From: Camelus dromedarius
Lineage: Eukaryota
DNA: 64,000 bases
Direction: 5' to 3'
Assembly: GCF_036321535.1 (NCBI RefSeq)
Contig: NC_087437.1
Location: 28,398,001 to 28,462,000 of the forward strand
This document shows positions 37,806-48,217 of the stretch, one piece after another. Made by a program: the position numbers and the translations under genes. The stretch's first letter is position 1. Each line of letters begins with the position of its first letter. The notes under the pieces were generated by a model. It was not told the DNA's origin. It was given only the letters and a program-made list of their open reading frames with translations, and ran no database searches.

Positions 37806-40799
37806 TATGGAGTTAATGTACATGATTCATATAAATTACTTGCTAGAGATTTCTGTTCATCATTAAAACTTACATTTTACTATCTCTTCCATTATTATTT
37901 AGTAGTATGCATCTCTGTATATGTAATAGCTTAATAATTTATACCCACACTTCTCAATCACAAAAGAAGGCAAAACTATAGTTAAGAGTGCAAATTCTTA
38001 ATTCTTTGCCCGGTAGAATATAGATGATTGTAATCACTGGAGATACGGAAGTCTGGGTGTAGAGGGAGGACAACTCCAAATTTAAATGAATAATATTTCG
38101 TTCAACTTACAATTTGCTCCTGAGGCATTTCTAATCCAAGAATCCTTTATTTTCGCTGTCTGGTCACACCACATGTTAGGTTTTTGCTTTGTTTTATTTT
38201 ATGTCTCTTTCTGAATGTGAGCTCCAAGGGACATGTACTTTCGTGTATGTCTGCAAAGGTTCCTGTGAATGAATGACTCAGAGATTTTATATCTGCATTG
38301 TCCTCTGACGCACGTGTAATGAGATTTCCTTTCTTAAGTATGTTAGAAATGTGAGGAAGTAGAGCTGTGGCACAAAAGTATGGTAAACGATTTACGTACA
38401 GATATAAATTTAGATATCAGGGAGACAGAGTACCATTTTATCCAGAAAACCTAAGATGTTTTCAGACTTGCGGAATCTCTCGGTGTGCTTTTCTTCTTTA
38501 TAAGTTAAGCCTTGTGATTAATAAATATCGAGGTAGGCACAAACAAAATACGCCTCCTTATTGCCACTATGGAGCTGCTTTTTGAAATTCCAGGCCTATG
38601 CAAGATGCATTCTGAAGCTCTGGGTTTTTATAGAGCAACTGCGATAATATTAGCATAATTTGTTGTTGTTCAGCGTCTGAGACCTAGTTTAATGTATAAG
38701 TTATGTGGAACGTTCCCTGAAAGATACGTAAGCTACATTGAAGTGGAAACACGAGTTATTAATGTGTGTCTTTGTTTTATAACATACCTTCCTTTTTTAA
38801 ACCAGGGAAAAACAACTTAGTCTTGACTTACTATTAGGGAAAAAAATGATTCTTATTTGCATGTGAGCATATGTGAATTTGTGACTGTTTTTAAAAAGCT
38901 CAAGTTAAACTGAGTTTCTAATATTTTATTGTTATTAGGAATAAATTCAGTTGACATTGGTATGTTATTAAGAATATTTTTGAGATTACTTGTGAAAAAG
39001 GGTAATTTTTAAGGTCAAATATATAAAGCAAGAGAAATATCTCTAGGATTATAATGTCAAACTGTGTGACAACTTTGTGGCTTAAGTATTTGTAAAGTTT
39101 GCAATAAGAGATACACTTGTGAAGCGATGGGGACTTTTACTAATTAAATGGAAAGGAGGAAATGTTTATAGATTCTGTGTGTTCATTTAATTAGGATGCA
39201 TTCAAGTAATACAATCCTGTGTTCATAATTGGTATCATTCATTATATTCTGAAGAATAATCATTTTAGATCTCTTTTATTTAACCAGAAACATAGATTTT
39301 TACATATTTTTCTCATGGTGGTTAATAATTAAGCAGTGTATCTTGGATAATCTTCAACAGAAATAAGCCAGTAAAATTTCCCAGGTTGAGGTTTCTGGGT
39401 GAGGCTTTAAGTCAGATATCTGAAAATTCAGGGTTTATCTATTAAGGTCAAGCTTTTTGTGTTCAGATATAGTTGATAATAATGAGGGCGATTGCCACAT
39501 TAACATTTTAGAAATTCTGGAAGATTGACAGCTACGATTGTTTGGTCCTAATAAAGACATGCTTTACATTTTGGCCAGATTTTTAAAATTGTTTTTGTCA
39601 TTTCTTCACATATTGATTTTATAATTTTGCTCCATTGAACCTACTCAAATGGAAGACAGAAATAGGTTAATTATGGAGAAGCTCTTAATGAACGCTGGTT
39701 GTGAGAATGATTTCTGCCTTGGAAGGAAATTTGGAACGGTGGGGCGAAGAGGTACGTGGGCAGCAAATTTCACTGGAGTGCAGAGTGCCATGGGATCGTT
39801 CCTCAATTCTCTCATCAGCCAACTTCATACTTATTTTTGAGTTGTGAAATTATGTTATTAGGGAAGCATTGATGAATTTGCAACCATTCCTCAAGCAACT
39901 AATCTCATATATAAAAATGTTTTAGGCGCAAGTACCAGCAACCTCAGTTAAGAACTAGGTGATACTGTTCAGAAGGTATAAAGATTGAAAATTAAAACTA
40001 AGATTTTGGCCCGGAGTTACCATGCCAAATAAAATATAACTCATTTAAGTAAACTTTAGAATCAAAGTCCACAATCATGGCATTGCCCTGGGAATAAAAA
40101 TATCACAATGTATTACGTTCCATTTAGCATTCACAGTTTTGTCCTGCTAATTTTACACTGGTAGACTGTGATTGGGTTAATGTACTATTCTTCCTAAAAA
40201 TTGCTAGAATGGTGAGATTTGATTTTTGTACCTTTTAGCTCTTTGAGCACATACCAGTATTGTTAATTTTGTTGTGGTGTTACTAACTGTAATAGTTAGT
40301 TACTAATTATTATTTTGAAATATTAAATGATATGGACAGATCAGAAATGACTACCTAAGGCTAACCAGATAACTTCTTTGTGTGATACATAGAGTAAATA
40401 AACACTAACTAGGATTAGTATTTTCTCTTGAAGGATGACAAAACAGCACCCATGGTGTTACTATATTTCTCATGGAATAGAGGGAAATGTTAAAAGACTG
40501 CCTGTTTGAATATCATCAGAAAAAAATGCAAATTTTCCCTTTTGCCAGAATTGAAGACTGTCAGGAATTCACAGATAATTATTAACATGTTTTAAATTTG
40601 CAAAGCCACATGCAACTGTTTCAAATTACTCTGCAGATAAAAAGAAAAAAAAATCTTCCCTCAACTTTACAGTTAAGGAGGTATATAAATATGATTCTAC
40701 GTTAACTTTTTTGCCTTATGCTCTGTTTCCAGTGAGTGGCGTTTGATGCTGGTTTCATTCAGTTATAAAAGTGACATCATCAGTGTATTAAACTGTGCA

Positions 40800-41110
40800 T
40801 CTATTTCCCAGGCATTGTAGCTTGTAGAAAATGCTTGTAACTAGGATTCAGATACACTAAGAGAGCTGCCTGCTGTCATGGAACTTTTATTTTTAGGGGA
40901 AAGGTGGATAGATGATGAGCAGATAGTGAAATAGGCGCATAATACGATGCCAGATACTAACACGTGCTGTGAAGAAGAGTAAGAGGGTAAGAGGCTGGCA
41001 AGTCTGGGCTAGTGGTGAGAGGAGCAGAAGGTTTGGATACTTTTGATAGTGGGCGGGAAGAGCTTCTAGGAAGATAACTTTGCAGTTGGGACTGGATGAA
41101 GGCCTGTGTG
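40800..41110 (-). mobile_element. L2 relic
   Basis: CCAGGCATTGT...CCTGCTGTCATGGAACTT purine-rich reverse L2 pattern. Confidence 0.6.
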
Positions 41111-43849
41111 GGTACACAGCTAGAGGCCGTGTATATAGAATGCAGCAAGCTGTTGTCGTATTGATCTTCTAGTGATCTTAATTAAGCCTTTTCATTTTTA
41201 AAATTTTGCCTGATACGGGAGTCAATTGTAAATTCACTTTTTAATCACCGTGTAGAGGCTTCATGTTTCATTTTGTCTTAAACATAACTACCTAAGGGAC
41301 AATAATCATTTTCTAATTTGACTGCAGTTCAGTTAGTTGCTTTCAGAATTCTAATCTTTAGCAATAGTGCGTCACCTGCCTGACACTCCTTCAGTCCTTC
41401 CAGTAAGAGACCACTTGATGATTAGGAAATCAGACCTATCAGAATTTTAAAGGAATGCTCTGACAGATCTTATATGACTTGTTTGAGTTGGTAAACACAG
41501 TCTCACTTTCCTTGCTAGCAGCTTGTCACCGTTACCCAGCGCAAAGTGTCAGGCCGGCGGGCCACGTTGCCTGTCACTGTGCCATTCCAGAGGATGTGTG
41601 GTTGAAAGTTATCTTTTTTCTCAGCAGTATTTCTAAAACTTCAGAAATCTGCATATCTCCTTCAGGGCTTTTTACCCATATATTTACTTAGTCTTACTCT
41701 TTAAATTCTTTTGGTTGTACTTTAACCTCTTCCTAATCTATGGTAGCCATGTAATCACAGGCTTGATGAGCTCGTTTTAGCATTCTGATGAACCTATTAA
41801 AATTATGTTGTTTCTGCATCACTTAAAATCACCATGGGTGCTACCAGCAGTGTGCTTACCCCTTGCTGAGAAACACCGATCTCAGCTTTTTGTTATATGG
41901 CGATGAATACTGCTGAAGACGGCATTAACCCATTCAGAGCACAGGTTTCCCATGTAGTGAATAACGCGGTTACTCTGTTTAGTGCTTCAGTAGAGAAGTG
42001 GCTGTACGGCCCCCAGAAACGCTTAGTTAGTCATTTGTTTGCTGAAAGTCTCTGTTAATATTTGGGACCAGCCTTGGGCAAACCTGTGCTGCGAGCTAGC
42101 TTAGTTTGCTAAAGTGATGTGTTGCTAATTGTGGGCTCGTCCACACCAGTGAGCCAAGGGGAGAAGTTATGATTTTGGACGAGGGGCCACTTTTTGTGAG
42201 CTCCAAACATACACGGGTAAATCAGCCAGCTCTTCCAGTTAGATTGAAACTGCTTTAGTAAGAAAAAAGAAAAAAAAAAGCTTAAATAATTACTAAGTTA
42301 ACTTCCTCAATGTGTAACCTATTTCAAAATCAAAGCTTCTGAAAAAAGTCCCCTAAATTCCCAGCTAACTAACTACTCCGGGATATAATAGAACCAATCT
42401 GCCTATATTTGGTACAGAAGAACTGAAACCATTGGTAAACCTATGTGACTAAGAAAGTTAACATTGCTTGTAGAGGCCATCTGGTCCTCCAGAAAAGAAT
42501 TTTAAGGTTATACCTTGTGTCTGTTTATCCTTTTGTTGCAGTATGTATGCAGCCCTTAAAAGGATTTTGATAGGATGCCATCCCCTGTCAGTTCAATGCT
42601 TTTATATATATATATAAAAATTGCTGAAGAGTAATTATTTGTAATTCCCCATTTTTTTTTAACTTTATCCCTTTTTTTTGGTTTCTTTTCCTTTATGGTT
42701 ACATTTTTTTCCTTTCTATTTCCCTCCTCGTATCTTAAAGTAGAAAATATGTGTGATTTCTGATATCAATCAAGGGGAAATTGGTCTTGGTTCTTGAGGC
42801 AGAATATGTTTGTCATACTCTGAGGAACTCTATAGCTTGGCATTTGGAATTTGATCAGTAGGTAAAAGAGGGCTTGTTGTTAATGCAGGTTTTTAAAGTT
42901 TTAATTCATACTGGAAAACAGTTAAATCCCCCAATCGTTTTTTGTTTTGTTTTTATTCAGGGAGGTTTATTATAATATGTTGAAATATAGGTCAAAAACT
43001 TACCTCAGAAGCAGTTTAACTATTAGTAAATATCTTTACAGCAGAAATACTTCCTTCAGTAATTACTTACAAACAACACGTATTTTTAGGGCAGGTATGT
43101 TTGCAAGGATTCCTACAATCTGGAAATCACCCATACGCTTTTAAACATTGTCTCTATCTATAGAGCAAAAATCCATTGCTAGTTGAAGTATTGATCTAAA
43201 TCCTATAAAAATCTTTATTTATCAAAGCACTCAGTTATGAAGAGTTCTAGTCTTCTCTGAAATTCTTCTGTTTGAATAAAGAGAAAGATTGCAAGACAAT
43301 ATTCTACATCAGCAATTTAGTCAAATCAGTTTTTAGGATAAAATCTGAGTTTGTTTCCCGCAGTGCCCAATATCAAGGGCTGGAACACACATTACCAGGT
43401 GCAGCTAGACTAATATTTCATAAAGGTCAGTGTCCATTCTGATTGCTTACTTGTCCATGCCTGATTAATTATAAATATTTTGATGATTGTCCTTGTGGAA
43501 ATATATTTTATTATAGTATTTTCAACCTATAAATACATATCGATAATTCTTTCAATAATACTTTTTGAAATAAATAGAATTTCTCTGCTATAGAAAATAA
43601 AAATATCAGAACACCCGTTTGCAAGCATTTTAGTAATTAAAATGTATTTTGTACTCGTGTAGGACTAAGCCTGTAACATGGCAGAAAGGAAGAATAATCA
43701 ACCTTGGAAATTAATTTTGTAGCTGTACTTAGACATAACCACCAAGCAATGAAGATGTTTCTAATGGTACCATTATCTTTCCTCATATTGTTTGGATCCC
43801 ATAGATCATGATGCAGTTTTCCTTGGGGTTGGTTACACTTTCTCATAAA

Positions 43850-45480
43850 CATGTTTATTCCTAACAGGTTGAATAAAATCTATTCTTTTATTACACATTT
43901 TAAAAACATCTATTATGTTTCAGGGACTGGGTTCAAAAACAATGGTGATACACTGTTGTCATGGAGTTTATAACCTTGGGGGCAAAAGTACCAAGAGACA
44001 CAAAATACTGAGAATACTCTGAGAGGAAATACTGTTAGGATAGCTGGCCCAGCCTGCTAGAGAAGGTGGTATTTGAATAGCAGTTTAAACAAGGAGACGC
44101 GATTGGCCAAGTTGCAGGGGTGAGGAAGTATGTGCCAAACCAAACAAAGGGTTAGCATGTAACAAGCCCCAGGAGCTCACAACAGTATGACATATGCCAA
44201 GGACCCTGGGCAGCTCCTCACAGCTCCTCTCTCCCAGGGAGGATAGAGGTGCAGCGCTGGGATAAACCAGAAGGATAAAATGTGTCAGTTCAAGACAAGG
44301 GCAGAGGGGCAAGAAAGAGGGAGTTAGTTGCACATGCTGTTAGAGGTCAAGTAATGACAAGGACTATGCAGAGTCTCTGAATTTGGCTTTTATGGGAGCA
44401 TTGATGACTCTTGCTGAGGAGTGAAATAATAGTTGTGGAGGTCACACTGATACAGATTCAAAAGTGGATGGGAGAGGAAAAAACAGAAAAACAGCTCGTG
44501 TAGATGACTCTGCAGACAGTTGTTTGGGAACGACAGGTTAAGAGCATTAGGGCCAGGTACCTTATAGCTATGCAAGGTCCCCTTCTTCCTTTTGTGCCAC
44601 CCCCTCCATTTTAAAGCTTCTTTAGCACTTTGAGGGCTAAGAGGAAGAACTGCAGGAATGGCAGGGTGTTCACGTATAGAGGGAGTTTAGAGGGAAAGAA
44701 GCCTTGAGAAGGAGCGAGTCAGGGTGGAAACTTAACCATGGGCAGGAGAAGGGAAGGCTCCTGGCAGACTGAAGAAAGATACAGAAAGATAGTTTGAAGG
44801 TGGGTGGCAGGGAGGTGACAGAAGTTTCATGCCGAGGGTCACTGTTTTTACTGTGAACTATTCGTGGCATATAAGGTCACCCACTGTTGATGGTGAGAGG
44901 AACGTGGAGGAGGAGGGACATGAGAGTGATGAAGTTTTAGAAAAGCTGGAATGTGAGAGGGAGCTGTCCAGGGCCAGGGGGAGGAGTGCTCGATAGTGGG
45001 AGGGCCTGAGTGACCCTGGAATACAGTAATTTATGGAGGCAGTGATGGGTGTGTGTTTTCAAGTGTGTGTTTGCTTGTGTTTAAATGGGGGTGTTCATGC
45101 ATGTGTTTGTGTATTTTTGTGCCACGGAGTTAATTTCAGTTCAGATGTAATAATTGATCATTTAATTCACCAAAGTTTATGGAGTGCCATCTGTTTTCCA
45201 TCCCTGTGCTAAGCACTAGGGTTACTAAGATAAGTAAGATTGTTTCTGTTCTTGGGAACATGTAGTCTAGTGGGTCAGATGTATCCACAAATAAAACACT
45301 GTAGAGGGGAGCAGAGGTAATTGAGAGGAGGCGGTGTAAATATATGGTTGGGTGGGGATGGAGGAAGTAACATCTTGAAAGCTTCTTGGAGGAAGTGACA
45401 TGTTAGCTGGCTTCTAAAGGAGGTAATGGTTGTAGGTGAGACGAAGATTCCAGAGAGAACAAAAGAGATGTTGAACACAG
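43850..45480 (-). mobile_element. Cluster of L2 relics
   Basis: Purine-rich reverse L2 body (GAGGTCAAGTAATGACAAGGACT...GAATTTGGC) and 3' end near 45160 (CATTTAATTCACCAAAGTTTATGGAGTGCC...CTGTGCTAAGCACTAGGG). Confidence 0.65.
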
Positions 45481-45949
45481 ATATGGTACATACTCAAGAC
45501 AGAAAGCAGTTGAGAAGTTTTGAGTGCAGAGCAAACGTTCAGGAGGACTGATTTAGCTTTGTTTTTAAGAGAACAAGGAGTTAGGACTAGAAAAATTTTT
45601 TAAAAACAGAAATATTTCTTGAGCATCAGTATAAGGTTTTTTTTTTTTATCTTTCTCAAAAGTTGTGGTCTTACTACAATATTTTCTAAACCTGTTATCT
45701 GGTAGTTTTTTTAAAAAATTAATGTCAAGAATCAAAGTATTAATCCTAAAGTAAATTTTTAAAAATTCTGCTAGATATCCATGTTTTATATAGATGTGTA
45801 TATAATGTGTATATGTATTCACATTTATATTCTGTATTCTAATTTCCAAATTATGATATGTGCCTCTTTGACCGTTTTTGGCCCTTGAAATGGCATCAAA
45901 CACGGTTTTATTATACTGTGTCATTGCCTCTTCAGAGTGTGAAACTTTT

Positions 45950-47000
45950 AGCGTTATTAAAGCCTTGTTTCCTTTGTTGGTAGCATTCAAAAGGCAAAAC
46001 AATATGTATGCTTTTGTTTCTGTAACTACTAAGCATTTTCTGAAAGTTTTTCCATCCTGATTGAAAGAGAAAGTAAGTTGTTAAAAGCAAAAATGCCCTG
46101 CTGTGGCGAGCAGCCTTGTAGTGCCGAGTTAATAGATCATTAGCAATAGGGGATCCCCCGCCCCCCACCCCCGGCTTCGTTCGTACCTCTGAAGTGCACC
46201 ACGCTGCCCAAATCAAATTGCTCACTTAATATTTAATGTTTCTGCGATGGAATCACTTTCTCCCCTGAGGTCGGCTTCAGATTTGCCAGACACACTGACA
46301 ACACTGCACTCCTTATTTTCCCCACATGACCTCAGCTTCTGCTTAAAAAATGTTCGAATAAAGGATGCTTTTGTTCATATCTCGCCTGCCTGTGATATAT
46401 TGACAAAGTGTCTGCCGGCTGAATGGAATAGTTTTACAGTATGAGTGCAGCTTTCAGTGGAGGGGCAGGACATGGGCTGTAGAAGGAAGTGAATTGGATA
46501 GGTCAGGAGAATGTACCATTTGTAAACACCCCTTTCCTTTTTTATTCACGTGTCAGGGCAGCAGGAGCAGGCTGTTCAGTGCCCGTCTCCGAGCAGAGCC
46601 GGAGGGAAGGCAGCTTGGAAGTCAGCTGCAATTTTTAAACCTTGCGTTTTATTTCCCGGTAATGATCTGCAAGTGCTCGGACTTGTTTGAGAAGCTGTTT
46701 TGAAACTAACATGGTTTAGTCCACTAACTGCATGTTGGGTAAATTCAAAACCCACATGCTCGTCCTCTTGCAGTGGAATAAGTCACATCTGATGGACATT
46801 TTCTGTGCTTATAGCATAGTAATGAACGTCTGACAGGCGCGACCTTTCATAAGACAACCCACACTATTGGCTTTCTGCCCAGAATATTGCTGCAACACTA
46901 TCTGTGATTGGTTATCTCTCTCTATCATGCATTGCTTCACAAGGGGAAACGGCCCCTTTTTTAAATAAATCTACGATGGCTGGCTGCAATATGCCTCACT
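45950..47000 (+). promoter_or_regulatory. Putative alternative internal promoter / first-exon region just upstream of the coding exon
   Basis: No recognisable repeats, locally CpG-enriched, GC box CCCCCGCCCCCCACCCCC near 46155-46172, E-box CAGCTG near 46623, donor-like CACT|GTAAGT at 47001. Confidence 0.5.
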
Positions 47001-47006
47001 GTAAGT

Positions 47007-47008
<2 letters not shown>

Positions 47009-47086
<78 letters not shown>

Positions 47087-47115
47087 GGAGAGAGAGGGAG
47101 ACGGAACGAGAGAGG
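47009..47115. repeat. Compound microsatellite (TG)19 followed by a (GA)n/GGGA purine tract
   Basis: TG run 47009-47046, AG-rich run 47047-~47115. Confidence 0.98.
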
Positions 47116-47222
47116 CGGACTCGAATATTACTTAGTCTGGTAGCACATGGCAAGCTTGTGATTCTGTAGGACATCAGTGAAGAGCTACTTAGTAAATCTT
47201 AACCTATCTCTTTTCTCTACAG

Positions 47223-48217
47223 GTTGGTACTAAGAAGTGCCTTTCCTGACGTCTCTGCTGCTTGGAACCGCTTCTAGAGCAGTCTCTGCTTTTGCCTTGC
47301 TTGCTGCCAGCTAGACTGTGACGACAGCACATCCACCCTCCACCTCTAGCCCAGACACCCCCCATTTCTACTTGTAATCAAGAGAAAAGCTCTAAGTATC
47401 TGGCATTGCCCTAGGCTGCTTTAGTTTTAAAAAGAAAAGTTTGCTGAAAAAGTAAGATATCTTCTGCCAGGAAATCAAGGAGGAAAAAAAAATCATTTTC
47501 TCGATTTTGCTCTAAACTGCTGCATCTGTCTATGCCAAACTAATCAATACCGATTGCACCACCAAACTCCATTGCAAATTCAGCTGTGAGGAGATTCCCT
47601 TTCAGACAACTTTGCTGAAAGCAGCTTGGAAATTCGGTGTCAGAGGGTCTGCCACGTTTTCATGCTTGCACTTGGGCTCCAAATTGGCACTGGGAAGGGG
47701 TTACTCAGAGCACAAGGCTGATTCGAGGCCCTCCTTTTAAACGTTCATCTACTTATAATCCTAGTATTTCTCTAAAAACCAAAACCTCTTTGAATTAACA
47801 GTTTCATGCTGTGAATTTCTAGTGGGAGATCTTTTCCTTGATATCGACAACACAATTTTCCATGTACTTTTAAAGCAGGGAGTGGGGGAAAAGTATTTTG
47901 GAGGGGACATTTTCATCATCATTTTACAGTTTTAGCAGTTCAGTTTTTGTTTTTGTTTTTGTTTTTTTGGTTGTTAACTTTTTTGGGGGGGGTTAGGGTT
48001 TGTTGGTTTCACTGAAAATTTTAACTACCTGTAAAATCTAAACATGGCTGTTAGTGTCACACCAATTCGGGACACAAAATGGCTAACACTGGAAGTATGT
48101 AGAGAGTTCCAAAGGGGGACTTGCTCACGGCCAGACACGGAATGTAAATTTGCACATCCTTCGAAAAGCTGCCAAGTTGAAAATGGACGAGTAATCGCCT
48201 GCTTTGATTCATTGAAA
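47223..48217 (+). other. MBNL1: MBNL1 first coding exon in full (995 nt: 821 nt 5'UTR + 174 nt CDS); the exon known to circularise (circMBNL1) or be skipped
   Basis: Branch-like CTTAAC (47198-47203), pyrimidine tract CTATCTCTTTTCTCTAC, AG at 47221-47222; exon start GTTGGTACTAAGAAGTGCC resembles the human MBNL1 5'UTR from memory; donor GTGAGT at 48218. Confidence 0.9.
48044..48217 (+). CDS. MBNL1: Muscleblind-like protein 1, first coding exon (aa 1-58): complete CCCH zinc finger 1 plus first Cys of finger 2; gene continues beyond the window
   Basis: Translation [58 protein letters not shown] matches the MBNL1 N-terminus as I recall it; C-x7-C-x6-C-x3-H finger; strong Kozak AAACATGG; phase-0 donor AAA|GTGAGT at 48218-48223. 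Confidence 0.98.

Larger units (their letters stand above)
17774..47222 (+). other. MBNL1: MBNL1 intron 1 (29,449 nt, GT-AG)
   Basis: Bounded by GTAAGT donor and TCTCTACAG acceptor; internal minor exons are not excluded. Confidence 0.75.

Noticed and set aside
47195..47203. U12-type branch point (AATCTTAAC)
   Set aside because: Only a partial match to TTCCTTAAC, and both candidate upstream donors are U2-type GTAAGT.
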